64,000 nucleotides of DNA from Phoronis australis. Lineage: Eukaryota; Animalia; Phoronida. Numbering within the stretch: the stretch's first letter is position 1; each line of letters opens with the position of its first letter. The stretch is taken from positions 124,001-188,000 of the forward strand of contig NMRA01000074.1 of NCBI GenBank assembly GCA_002633005.1, in the 5' to 3' direction. Under the pieces are notes generated by a model. That model ran no database searches, was not told where the DNA came from, and saw only the letters and a list, made by a program, of their open reading frames with translations. Shown here one piece after another: positions 11,161-26,100 of this stretch. Made by a program: the position numbers and the translations under genes.

Positions 11161-14100
11161 AACACATGATTGGGTCACTTTCTGGTGTTATGACACTCAT
11201 ATTTCCCTTTATAATTGTGATAAAGTGCTCTTGGGGTGTTTTTGGGCAATGTGACTGAGCTGACCTGAGTTTAGAATGCCCAAGTCGCATGCATTGGATT
11301 AATGCAAGTTGGCCAAACCTCAGCTTACATTTCCAAATTTCAACTCATCATATCAAATGGATGTACTTTCACCTTAAAGAGACAATAAGCCGAAGCATTC
11401 CATCAAAATAACAGTGTCAACTGAGGCCACTTGCTATCTGTCCCATCCTCCGTTCTATTAAGCAAAAATTTCTAGGCTGGAGAAAAAGCCTCAGACCAAG
11501 TCGATCACGACACTTGTCAGCTAAGGCTATATGCCGATTTATTGTAACCAATTTCAGTTCAAACAAAAAATCAGAATATAGAGGACAAAACATTTTTAAC
11601 TTATCAGAACAGACAAGCAGCATAATTATTGGACCATCCACAATGTATGTGGGTCAAGCTTCTGCAGGGTATCAAGTTAACTAGGAATCGACATTTGGCT
11701 AAATGGTAAGTTCAACACACTATCCAAAGATATTGTTCATTCCGTGGTCTCCTTTGTGGTGTCGGGTGCATGAAGTTAAAGCTTTGATACACGTTACCAA
11801 CTTTTAGGCTTGTGAAAATCCCATTACAATGAAGCAAGCAGTTCAAACAAACTGTAATGTGGAAACTAGTAAAGATAGATGTTTGATTTGTCAAATCGAA
11901 AACCTGTCAAGACTATGGATTTCATTGATTCGATGCATACTCTATTCATCAATACAATCCTACACTAGTCTATTAATATTTACACAGAATAAAGGTTGCA
12001 GGGCCAAAACGATGCTGTGCCAATGTCTCTTCCAAGTTTTCAAGAAAGATCAGTGCCTGTAACATGCTATTTCACCAGATATCAAAAGACATCCCAAAAG
12101 TATCCCTACTCTCATATTGAGAAAGTTTTGTGAAGACTTGTGACTAGCTTTAAATAATTATGCCGTGGATGACTAAACAAACATCAATGATAGAAACGGG
12201 AGGAGTAACTGTTAAATTTACAGGAAAAACAAAAAACATCGCTCACAGAAATTTGTCCCACTTGAAAAACTACTACGGACTGCGCCACCCTTAGAAGCTG
12301 CTGGAATAAATTGCCATTTACTTGACTGACAACTGAAGTTTGATTCTAAAAGTGGTTTATTTGCAGTCTAAATCACCCATTGCGTACAAGTTTTTAAAGA
12401 GAAATAGGCATTTTAAACAACAAGAAATCACAAGAAGAAACACCACAAGAAGAGACATTTTAAAAAATGTCACTTCAAAAATATTTCTTCAGAAACTTTG
12501 TAGAGAAAAAAATGAAATACTAGCACCCGCCAGTGATCAACTGCACATAAGTAGTTATTCACCTTTAGCTGTTTGACAACTCCCTCCTCGAGGATGTCCA
12601 AAACTGTCAATGTTCCTTCCGAGTCACCAACCCAGATAAAGTTCCCGAACGAAGACAGACACAGGGGCTTTGAAGAGGTCGTCAGTTCACTCAGTTCCTG
12701 GATTGTGTCAGCAGAAATTTTTAAGCTTGTCTGAAAGAGAAAGACTTGCTTTAAAAAGGCTAGATTAAAGGTAGCCTCAGATGACTAATCTTAATTCAAG
12801 TCACAAAATCAGCAAGAATTAGTGTTTTTTTAGATCAGCCGTAAAATGTGGATTCAAACTCAAAACATCAGCAGTCGTCATCTGATCCTTTGCTAGTTGA
12901 GCTTAACCCCACTCTGCAAGTAGAAGAAAGTCCCCAACCTCAATTTCAACAAATGACTGGCAACCAACGGTGAGAATTGTAATAACACCATAAAAGCAGT
13001 GGATTAGTGGAGTTTATAGCTCTGGTCAAAGCTAATAATATCAAGATATCTATCACATTCCACAATAATCTTAAAATGCATTTTTCAGTCCAAACCAGTG
13101 TAATGCATGCACAGAACACAGAATGTAAAATGGTAGGGAATACTATCATGCCGTGACCATGATGTTAAATATCCTCAAGAAAGAAATGATTTAATTCATA
13201 TTACACAATGCTTAAGCAAGACACCACTAATCCACTGCTTTTATGCTGTTATTATAATTCTCACTGTTGGTTGCCCGACATTTGTTGAAATTGAGGTCGG
13301 GGACTTTATGCTTTTAATACTCATAAAATACTCGCAGAGTGGGGTTAAGCTCAACTAGCAAAGGATCAGATGACGACTGCTGACGTTTTGAGTTTGAATC
13401 CACCACTTCGCCTACTTTTTTGGTAGATGCAATACTATTAAATAGTTTGTTTTCCAAAGGTGATAATTCCTTCGTTTATGTTTTGAATTAATCAATTTCT
13501 GATTAAAATGAACAATGATTTTTTCTTTTCAAAAATACGTGCCATATCTGACTGGAGCTCTTACGTGGCACCTTTTAACAGTTTATGTTCCATCTTGGTC
13601 CGAAGTAGATTGTAACAGGACTATCCCGGACTACACAGTAATAGTACACTCCTTTGTCCCAGAGGTAAGAAAGCCCGTTTTCATGGGACTAATGTAAGGC
13701 ACAAGTCATGTCTGAAACCGACCAGGTGGAATGTGTAAATAATCAAACTTACTTCAACTGTTTGAAAGTACCGGAACTGAAGGTATATTCAAGAAAGGGG
13801 ATTCTGTTCACAACAAACCCCACAAACGTGAGACTGATGTTAGGAAGGCGGTAACAGTCAGATATAATTTGCCCATACTTTGAGAACCAGTTTGATGCCT
13901 GTTATCTAGTGGAGAAAACTGATTCTCAATATGCAGGCACGTTATATCCGGCCATTACCTGGATGTCAACTCACTTAACATCACACACTTTATCCAACTT
14001 TCTGCTGTGGGAGCTGCAGCCCACAGCAAAAACATAATACTTCGTTGGTATTGGAAGGGCAGCCGAGAAAAGCTTGTAAAGAATACAACAACAACAACAA

Positions 14101-17100
14101 CAAAGAACATGACGTGGAACTCCAACGGCATGAATCTGAGGCTACAAATTTAGTGCTTGACAGATATTGCGGCATTGGGAGTGATTTTCAAGAGTCGCCA
14201 TGTAATTGGGGACGGCCCAATTGTTTTGACTTAAGTTACAAAAATGCCCCAATTTGGGACAGATTCTAGAGTTTAGGACAAGGAAACTACTGAAACTGGA
14301 AACTGGGACAAGGGCGATTTTGGCGCTTACCACCTTTCTAAAATTTTGGACAGTGCTTTCAATTTACAAAGCCGCTTATTTTGCCATGTCTTTCCAGTGA
14401 TTCTTGAATTTCAGATGGCCAATATACGCTATTTCTACAAATTGGGACAAGCACTGACCCTGAACAAAAGAAATAAGAATTTTTGCTGTCCCAAATTGGA
14501 GAATCTATACTGTAACTTAAATCTAGTTTGTCATTTTAAAAGTATTGGACTAACCAGAAAGTCCTAGCAAACCTTAGAAAAATATTAAAAAACCCCGAGT
14601 TTAACCACTCAAATGTAGGCCCGTCAATTGATAGGCGAAGTTGCTTTTTCATGCCATATTGCGTCCCTGCAAGATCCCACCACAAACAACAAAAGACTGA
14701 TGACAGTTGCATTGAATATGGCTCTGAATAGTACACCATTGCGTGTAGGTGTTATTCACAGCAGCTTGTGAATTAAAAGGTGATTCTAGCAGTGACACAG
14801 ACAGGGGCAAGCCAAAGCCTAACAGTTTATTACTTTGTCAATTTGGTGGGCTCATGGGGATGCTCTTAACATAGTGTAGGGACCAAATTTACAAGAGTGT
14901 TACTGTTCAAAATATGCTTTGAGTTCAGGGAAAGTATGATGGGCAATAAGAAGAATTTCATTTTGTCAAATATTTCTCAACAAATTATTTTGCTTGGTCC
15001 GACAGACAGTATGTACTACACAGCTGTCACCAAACAAAACTAGGCAAAATTCTGGACATCTACAATGAGGTAAAAAGCCTTAAAAACACAGACTTTAGTA
15101 ATCAATCTCATCTCAAACTGAAGAATTTTTACCGCATGTCAAAAGTCTCACCTTCTGCTGAGTCTCCACTGTGCACGACACCAATGAACGATCCAAAGAT
15201 GCACAGAACACTTTACCCCCAGGGCAACAACACATGTCTGTAACCCAGGAACAGCCAACGACGGCACTGCTTATTCTTAAATTGAGAAATGATGAGATTT
15301 AAAAGACACAGGTACAGGTTTTTGAAGGATGCTTTAAGTCACAAAGCTCCTAGGAAATTCTAGAAGCAAACCAATCTGAACAGACTCCACTTCCCACAAA
15401 TAACTTGATATACACTAACTGAAACAGGTGTTGACCTAAATTAAAGCTGCATGTCAATTTTGAAAACCATGATTTTGACTCATGTCTTGTGGTGAAGCCC
15501 TTTGTTTTTTTAATGCGTCAAGTTAGTGTTCCTAACTAAACATGATAAAACGATGGGCTGAATGGAGTTCATTGATTGCATTCAGAAGGAAGATTGTTCC
15601 CTGCAAACTTGATTTATTTTTAGTTTGAAGTTTCAGTTAAACATAATTAGCTATACAAAGTGGTATGTTAAAGTCCCTATGTTTCAGATTTCATCGACTC
15701 TTTAAAGCAATTGAGGCTGACGTTAAGCAGAATGTTGGCACCAAATACTGGCTGTAATGCTTTGCACTATTTTGTAAAAACATACACATAGCCTGGTCAC
15801 AAGAATCTATAATGTACAATTAAATGGATTATCTACGAGATAGATGGGAGCCAGCCTGTGACCAGCTACAATACAAGCCAAAAGTATTCAGACAAAATGA
15901 ATCGTCGAATTCCTGGTCATGACGCTAGGGCAAAAGCTGAATTCACCATCACACCGAGAAAGAAGGGTATTGACAAAAGATTTAAGGTGGCAAAGGCTTT
16001 TTGTCATTATAAGTTTATCGCCTTAATGTTTATAACCAGTCATTTTCACTGACAGCAGATATGATTAGCCATCAAGATGGAGAAATAGTATTTTGTATGA
16101 TTTGTCTTGAACTGTATACTGCTTTTAGTGCATAAATGTTGGACCTATGTTAACCAACTCATTGAGTTTAGCCAAATATTACCTGGCCTGTGATGAAAAC
16201 AGATTTGTATAGTGAACTTGGTCAGGCTGGTCAGTCCACACCAGCACCACCTGTTGGAGGTGATGAACAATAGTCAGTCTGGTAACGGGTAATCCAGACG
16301 AACTCTGCACAGTCTTCACAAGCCTGAGAATGGAAGGAAACGGAGAAACCATTTTGGTTAAACATTGATTAAATAAGTCGTGTCTGATTGATAGCGATGA
16401 CTCCCTATTACATGCTACAAAACAACAGAGCATTCTTCAAACTAATTATCCGAGCACTTGATTACAGCTGCAAACTTCACAGTTCAAGTGTAATGTGAGC
16501 TAATTATGTCAAAAATATCCAAATAATTATGATGCTCTTTCAACGAGCTATAAATGAAAAAAAAGGTTTCTACACATGTTTAGAGCTTGTAACTTTAAGG
16601 CTATGTGTGACCCAAAAAATTGTCAAAATTTAGCTAACTTCAAATCATCATCATATCTGAGAAGGCTGAACAGATTCATATGAAACATCTACATACTAGT
16701 ATGACGGTTTATGCATTGTTATCCAAAACTCTGCTAGGAATTGTTTTATATGTTCCACTCTTGTATGAGGGGCTACCAAAAATAGGACTTTCATGATTTT
16801 CATGAATACTACGAAAGTAATACATAAAATGGGAACAAAATAATTTAGAAAACTGTAGTAGCATCTTTTATATTTCACATTAAACATTTGATCATGTTGT
16901 TCACACTGTAGTTTTATTTTGAATTCATGAATTTTACTAAAACACATGGTCACATGATTCAGTTAATTGCACAATCAGATTAATTTTGGTAAAAAGTAAA
17001 AAATCTACAGGCTTTTTACTTTCAGGAAATATATACTTAATGTACTGGATTTATTAAAAAAGAAAATAATGCTTGAATTTCAATCTCATGCAAAACCTCC

Positions 17101-20100
17101 CAAGTACATGCATTTCCACAAACAGCCACCAGGTGGCAGCTCAAGTCAGTGCCTGACAACTCTCTCACTGAAGTTGGTAAAATTCAACCTCCTTTAAAAA
17201 AAGAACAAAATATGAACCAAGAGTAATAAGTTGGAACTAAAATACCACTACCACGATTTCACCATCAAGAGAATCTAGTAGTTACCTGGTGACAATTTTG
17301 TCCTTGTTTTCGGAAGGCCTTGTTACTTTCCACAGTCGAACAGTTGCATCATCAGACCCTGTCACTAGGTGGTTACCAGTGGCAACCATGGAGTTGACAC
17401 CCCTGTCGTGAGCCACCCAGCTATGCACACAAGAGTGTTCAGTGGGATTCCAAATCATTACTATGCCGTCCCTTAAAGTCAGTGAGGCAGTATGGTTATT
17501 AAGTATCAGTAAATAAGCATCCCTGTTCATTTACAAAACTAACATAATTATCATAACCCATAATTCATTCAAACTTAATCAATTTCCCGAAAAAATATTT
17601 AAAACTGACATCTTTCATTCCCTCTTGTTAAATAAATGATCAGATAATTTTCCAATTGTACAAACACTGCAATCCTATAAAACCATGATCTTGAATTCGT
17701 AGTTATGATAAACTAGGCAAACGAACGAAAATTAAGTTCAACATTCCAATACAATCTTCAATGCTCCTAATTCAGGATTTCTGTAGTTGCTAAAATTATA
17801 CACTTATGTCTATTAATCTGAAAAAAAACCTTAGACCATCACCAACTGGAATAACATGATGAAGACAACTAACGAGATGTTGAGGTGTAAGAAATTTACC
17901 TGGATCCAGTAATCACGCATTCATCACCTCCCATCTTAAGGTATGAGAAAGCAAGAGTGCACGTGACCTCTGCTCTATGACCTCTGACCTCCTTAACTGA
18001 CTCCAGAGTTGGCTGCCACTGCTTAACTGTTCCGTCCAATGAGCTGGACACGATGCGACCTTCCCTGCTGCTCGCTACGGCAACCACTCGATCTGAGTGA
18101 CCAGATAGACAGGCCAGTTCATTTGCCTATACGAGACACGCAATTTTTTTTAGTATGTCGATTATTGTAAGGTGCAACCTGTCAAAACCTTTTCAATTAA
18201 ACTCTTTGAAATATATTTAACATACACATATGAGTACCATAGGTATTGTGTGTACTATTAAGACTCATGTGCTAGAGTGTGTGAAGGAACACTCACCTAT
18301 TATCTCTAATTACCCTCAAAAACAAAGGAGAAAATTATTGAAATAGCATTTGAGTGAAGATGGACTTATCATAAATACAAAACGACAACAAGTTCACATG
18401 CATTCATGAAAATTTACCAAATTTTCAAATGAGAAGCACAAAGAATAGACAAGACACCGAGACAATATCCATTTTCAAATGGGAGTTTTCATTGTGTGTT
18501 AAAAAACATTGTGCATGAACAAGAGATAGCCACCTGGCATAGTTGCAAGCACCAATATGCAAAACAATGGAAGCATTTTTTTTCAAAAAAGTTGCATTAC
18601 TAAATTGGATATTGACCTTCAATACACGCATATCCAGCTGATATATAAAAATAATCACTAAAATATTCATTCTACTGCCATTTATTCTGCTACTCCTGGC
18701 AAAACTAGTGCAATAAGTGCAGTGACCAGTGAAAAGACTGGTGATAAACCTGGGGTCACCAATTCACGGCCACTCCCCATAAAGCTAGGCTATGTCAACT
18801 AGGCTATACAAATGTTTCGCGATGACATGTCTGGCACTATTATTACAGGATTTGGAATTGCAAATAGTCACTCACTTCCAGTGGCTTCCAAATTTTAACC
18901 GTTCCATCGTCAGAGCACGTGGCCACCAGCACGCTACTGATCTTGGCAGCAACTTTGACTTTAACCTTGTCATGTTTTGCTTTCCATTCACTTGTGTCCA
19001 TCTCCACTGACCAATCAGTCATCTGGCCTTCTGTCTGCGACAAGCTGTCATCTGTAACATGGCAAAAGGTGAATGTAACAGAAGGTTGTGTTCACATAGC
19101 TTTAGAGGAAGTCAGTCATTTGTGCTTTGTTTTGTGCCTCCCTTTCAGGCCATGGAAATGATACCATGACTGGGTCTCCAAATACCAGCACTTGGTTCCG
19201 AAATCAGAGACAAATAGCAAAATACTACCATGAAATAAGGCATATTTTTTAAATTCTTGCGCACTCAATAACGTGATGCTTGTCATAATGATAAAAATCA
19301 ACGAAAAAACAGATTGGATATAGCACAAGACATTGTATTTTTAAGAGAAGAGCTTGCACTGAAGTCAGCAGAACAGCCGGATGTGTGCTCTGCTGGCAGT
19401 CAGCTCAAACTTAGCAGACAAATTGTCCCTTTTTCCACCCGGTAGGCAACACGTTTCCATGTTCGTGACCTGTGTTGTAGGATGCACTTTGTATTCCTCT
19501 GTCACATTAAACATGGACATGCATGAAAGTCCGAAACCACAGGACCCTCTTGTTTAGATTCGTGCCTTCTTTGCCAATGGTTACACTCAACACTGTTGCC
19601 AATACCTGGCTGGTCTTTTGTGATGACCGCTATATCACAGCTGTTGACCCTCTGAGTGTGACCGTAGAGTGTGGTTATCTCTGTCCCTTTGTGTGACCAT
19701 ACCTTCACAGAGCCATCGTTACATGAGGATACCACACAGCCATGCTGGAAGATTAAGGCATAGCCAACTACCATCAAACTGTCGACCAACTTACACAAGA
19801 CAGATAGTAGTAATTATGTGACCGTCAATTAATTATTGATGATTAGAAACTTCAAGGTAAATTGCTTAGTGAAGGACATACAATGCATATATAACATTCT
19901 CCCGTAAGGCCAGAGTACAAGCTGATCTGTCTGCTTAAAGTGAACGATGGCTGAGCTGACAGACCCCATTAAGGCACGAAAACACATTTAAAACAATTGA
20001 ATGAACAGGCCACTTGTTCATTCAATAGTTCTCACCTTGATGTGAGTTTGCAGATGGCTCACCAAGCAGTTGTTTACGATGAGGCTTCTAGTATGACATT

Positions 20101-23100
20101 TTAGCAAGTTTCATTGCACTCACCAACAGATCAATATTACCACAGACTGTGAAATTGAAATACTTGTATTTACACTTAATTTACATTGGACATATCTCAA
20201 TAAGTTGGTGAATTAAAACTTAGCATGCACATGCCTCAGATAAAATATCAAGGACTGTCTTGGAGAGTGTTACATGAATGATTTGTAAAAATGATTTGAT
20301 TTACGCTCAATCAAAGGAAACATCAGCAATCAGAATCTTTTTAAAGCAATTTCCAAATGTTTGATAATTACAGTAAATAACAATCTAAGACACTTTTTCC
20401 CCTTGGCCATTGATTATAATTAAGTGACTGACTGTGCAAGTTATTTTGCAAATCTACCCAAAGACTAAAGAAAACCAGACAGTATAAACTGCCAACACAC
20501 ACCTTCTACTGTTGCGATGCCCCTTGCTTTGCATCTCTTGCAACTAAAGTGCTTATTGTGTGATTTGGCCTCGCGCGCGAAACATTGTGAAAAGGCTCCA
20601 CCTACTAATTAACGAATAGCTTTACCTCGTTGCACATATCTGCTATCAATGACACATGTACGATAAACAATTAATGAACATGTAATCTACCTTGTAACCC
20701 ACAGCTGATATTGATGATGTGTGTCCTGTCAATTTAATTTTCTCTTTTTTGGTCTTAACATCCCACAGCTTCAGATTGAAATCATTGGAAGCAGTTACCT
20801 ATAAAAATAAACAAACTGCTACTTGAAATTCACGTACAATGAAACATCATGGGACTTGGCAACAAAGCGCACCTGGTGTCAGACTAATGAATTATGGCGT
20901 CTCCATTTATTTTGTACAAAATAAATTATTCCAATAGTTGAGGAGTGTGAAATAAACTGAATTTTTGGACTTTGTGATTGACGAGCGTGCAAAATTAACT
21001 GAGTATCTATCATCCCTAACAACCTTTTCACCAGGTGTTCAACAACATGAGATATCCACGTGAATGGAGGAAAGAAGTGGTGCATATAAAACACTTAGAC
21101 GTTATTAGCATGTCAATTAAAAAGGGTTAATTACTAGGGTTTTGATATCAAAACAATGCATTACGTGAGCCCAGGTGAGCTGTGTGGACAGACGTTGGTG
21201 TTCTTACAAGTTGGGGCTTGATATCAGAAAATGAGTGGAGAACATGTTATATTTACAACAAGGTCACTGATATCAAGCAAAAACATAACACACAATATCG
21301 GGCCTGATAACAAGCCAGTGTGTTACCCACTTACAATATGGTCACTGATATCAACCAAATACATTTTTATTTAACACACAATACTCGGCCTGATAACAAG
21401 CCAATGCGTAAATATGTACTTACAATACGGTCGCTGATATCAACCAAATAGTACATAACACACAATACTGGGCCTGATAACAAGCCAGTCCATTATGTAC
21501 TTAGAATAAGGTAGCTGATATCAACCAAATAATTATATAACATGCAATACTAGGCCTGATAACAAGTTGTCATTATGTACTTACAATATGGTCGCTGATA
21601 TCAGACCATGCACAGCCAGTAATCCAGTCAGCATGACATGCGTGTAACACACACTCAGGCTGGGAACTGCTGGAGATATCAGACAAACTCCAGAGGATAA
21701 GTGACTGAAAGGAAACGGGAGATGCTATGTTGAAGATTTGATGGACTGAACATCACCACAAAGACATAACAGACGGCATTACCAACACAATATACAACAT
21801 GGAAGAATAAAAAAAGAAACTTTTACTTTATTATTAAAAGTTTACTTTAAAGCCATGAACCTTCTTTCCAAATAAATGATAAACGTTTTAACACAAAATC
21901 CAGATGTTGAAGAAAACCTTTTAATTAGTTGCAACAGAAATGGGATATTTAATTTGCAAAAAGAAATATCATCAATATTATGTGTTTGGTTTTGATTACA
22001 GACATATAAGTTGTATTGTTTAGATCAAAATAATCCATATCAAAAATTGCACCCACTTTCAATTGGATTGAGTGAAAAAAATTTTTGAGACTTTGTGAAA
22101 ATCTCATATTATTTTGGAATGCGTTATTATTGAGTGATTCAATATTGAGTCTTGAAAAGACAACGCAATCTTTTAGCAAAACTGTTCATAACAATGTGTA
22201 CACAACATGAAGCAGTAACTGGTCAGTTACACAGCGCAAAGGTCATGTAACGGGTCACGAGGGAATACTTGGTAATTCAAATATTCCTGACCAGTTAATT
22301 CATAATGAATGAGCATCATTTCAAAATGTAACCATACCATGTCTCTGCTGGAAGTCACCAGTTTTGTTTCATCACTGTTGAACGATACACCGGTGACTGG
22401 TCCTGTGTGGCCGCGCAATATGATGCTATCTCTGAAAAAACACGACGACATGTAAAGGATATCGAGAGCTGTTTAGTGAGCCTTACCGTCTAGTTGGAAC
22501 ATCCTCTTTTACACAATGGTGAGTCGTGAAATAAGGCAAGGTAACACTACTTCAAGACTAATGGTTACACTGTAATCAGTGAAGAGCTCAAGACTCATGT
22601 GACATGTTGCAAAGTTAAAGCAAAACATTCGACATTAAGCTATTGTGTGAAACAAAAAGATCCCAAGCAATATCCATATTACTGAGATGGTGCTCAATAT
22701 AGCTTTAATCAGATAGCCAACAACGTTAAATCTTTATTTAGTAGCATTGCAAAGCACTAATTAATTGTGAATTCAATGTCAAGTTCACAGACTAATTTTA
22801 CAGGCTTTCTGCCTTTGTCTCTATTGAACTGGTAAGACATTACTACACTACCATTCATTGCATTGTATTGCAGCTGGAGATTTATTTCATTTTGTGCTTT
22901 CTTTAACCTCAGCCCACCAAGATATCAAAATGTTAGTGAAATTGTGATACAGAATAACACTGACACTGATACAGATGCCGATGCAGATAACAACTATTAT
23001 ACTAACCGTCCAGTCCACATGCCACTGGTAGCATTATGCACAGATACTGTGAAGTCGTCAGAACCAGCAGCAATCAGAAACTGGCTGCAGGCAAGTGCAA

Positions 23101-26100
23101 GAACTGCCTTGTCATGGCCTTTCAGCTTCATAGTGTCACGAGTGTTCACATCTATTGTCTAGTGCAAAAATGGAAAGAAACATAAAAATGAGTTACCGAA
23201 TAACAAAATAGAAAGTCTACTTCACAGTGATGAAAGAAACTGACAGACTTGAAATAATGTGTCCTGAGGAACCCGGTGTCAGAAGTATAGGACATTCATG
23301 AGTTTTTAGGACATTCATGAGTTTTATTAACAGGTGCATTGTGCAAAGGACCCAGCACAGTGGCCTGGGCAGGCCTGCTGGATAAGACAACTATCGGAAG
23401 ATTTACTGTCAAAGTAGCAAAACAAAGAAATTCTTGCTATTTTCGTCCTTAGTGCCGCCTCGTGAATAACCAGACAAGTGAAAATATAAGTCTCATAGCT
23501 CACATGTATCGTGCCCTCGCCATAGCCGGTGACCAATTGATCCTGACCCTTCGTAAACTTAACACAGTGCAGTGGGGTGGCGCTCAATGTGCACTCAGAC
23601 TCCAAGTCACCTACCAGAATGAAAAATAAGACATAGTATAGTAAGTCCAAGATAAGAATCAAGAATGCTATCATTCCAAATTCTGTCACTAAATAATAAT
23701 TTTCCTTATGTACCACTGCATCCTAATACTCTCCCCCTACCTGACTCTGCATCAAACAAGCGAAAGGCTCCATCGTGGTAACCAATGGCAACCAACCGGC
23801 CATCTTCACTTAGACACACACAGAGGGCAGCACCAAATTCCTCACTGCCAATAGACTTTAGCTGCTGACCCAAGTGACCAGACCAAACCTAAACAGGACA
23901 GACAACACCAATTATCAAATGGTAATAATACAAGATCACTATCCCAAAGTCAAAAAGTACATAACCATGAATCTTGTAAACTGACATGAGTAAATATTAA
24001 CGTGCATCAGTTTTACATTTTTATCTCAGTTTTGCATTTTATTGAATTGATAATTTTACCTGCAACAAATTATCATTCATTCAGATCTCACTTAGGTGCA
24101 ACATTTTTACAAAATTAAGTTGAATTGGGGTTTGCTATAAACTAAGGCTTGGAGCTGTAATGATCCATGACAAAAAAAGAGGAAAATTTTTACCGCCCCA
24201 AATACACAGTGCAATCTAAACAACCATATCACAACATATCGAAAGTAAATATTATTATCACAAGATGCCCTGTAACTGTGCTGTGTTGGCAAAACGCACT
24301 CATTTAAGCAGTACCTGACATCTATTTCAGTAACAATAATGAAGGCAATTAGATGCAACAAAAGATGTTTTTTAAAATTAAAATAACGAAGATAATGATG
24401 CAAAATTTGCAGTGTGAGTGACAGAAGGTTATTCTTGATTTGCTGCAGGGAGATCTATAAAATTATTTTAAGTTCTTACAATTATGATACAAAATTATTT
24501 TAAAAATTTGAAAATCAACCTAGATTATCTGAAAAGCAAGCCTGAAATACATAGTTACACATTTAATTCCAACCAAAAATTTAATTCCAACGCAATGGAA
24601 AAAAGTCAAGACGAAAACCTGTGGATCATACTATTAGCATGGAAAAAATGAAAGTTAAAAACAAAATACTTTAAACTATAGAACACATCAATCATAATCC
24701 TAAGTTGGCCAAACTGTTCAGTAATTAAAAAAGTAATATTTACAGGAGATAATTGTTCATAAGCCACGCTGGTGTAGAACAAACTATGTGACATAAGAAA
24801 TAACTACAAGGACACTCAAAATAGGCTAGCAGAATTTGTAAACAATGGCTTGGACCAATCAGATCATTCAGAACCTGCCACGTGACCATTCTCTCTTGAA
24901 CTCGAGTCGGTCAAAATAAGACTTTTTAACAAAAATAAAACATGAAAAATGGAATACATCAACGGCAACTTAAAACACATCTGCAGTTGTAACAAAAAAA
25001 GCACTTTGTATCCCGTTTCGGCAGCGCGTGGAAAATCGGCGGACTCGGGTCTAGCAGCCAACTTGGCAACTGCCGGCATGGGCTTGCACGTGGGATCAAA
25101 CAAAACAATTTCATACATCACTCACATCCCACGATTTCAATCCAACGAATTGCAGGTTACAGTTGAATTTCCTCTCAGAAAGCGTTTTTCTTTCTTGTGT
25201 TTCATCGTTTTCAGGTAGTTCTCCACGATTTGGCCATGCACGCCGTAATTGTCCCTCTGTCAACGTTTACAGAGCGTAAACCCAGACCTTTGTTGTTTGC
25301 GAACANCATTGACCGTTTCTGTTATCCACTTTTTCCACGAAATATTCTGTCTACTCCAAGCTCCACGTATTTTTGGCCACAGAATCGCACTATTTGTCTC
25401 CGCTATTAATACCACATGCAGACGCCATTGAGGAACCACGCAATTCCAGGTGCCCGGCAATTACCATTTTCGTTCCTCCAAAACATAAAGAGCAGTTTCT
25501 GCTTTTCTAGTCGTCAGCAACGTCGCGGTTAGAAACCAATTTGCGGAGAAAATTTTATGGCAAATCCGATTTTTTCCATGGAAATATAACAAAAATGCGG
25601 GGAAGGAATTACAGATAAAAGCGGAAATCCGCGTTTCCGCGGAAAATTCCAAGCCTTGACAAACATATCTTCTCCTAATCACAGTTTTGAGAGACATTGC
25701 TTGCTCAGACAAGTAATCACAAAGTAGTGCACAAGAGCATTAAAATGTGCGACAGTCTCTTCAAGCTTAAAATTATTTGTGCATTAGATTGGTAGCACTT
25801 TTCGGAGGTATGATCTTATTTCTCCAAATTTAATTGAAAAATTTATTGATATGACTGGGACCGTTAAAGGAATGAATTTGCCCAAACTGTAAACTTGCCT
25901 TTATCTTGTTGTCGTCGCCGACTGTAATCAGTTCATGACCCGTTTGGGAGAAGGTCAAACTGTTAATGGGCAGAAGGTGACCAGTGATGGAGCCCACCTG
26001 AAAACACAGGTACAAACAGGTGAATCAGGTGTGCTTCAGATATTCATGATGATAAAGCACTGACATTAGCAAATGTTTCAAATGAACAGTGTTCAATACA

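Noticed and set aside
13540-13711. Possible extra WD40-like exon (…[13 protein letters not shown]…) on the minus strand after a tttcag
   Set aside because: In-frame stops on both sides; exons 44 and 45 join in phase without it.
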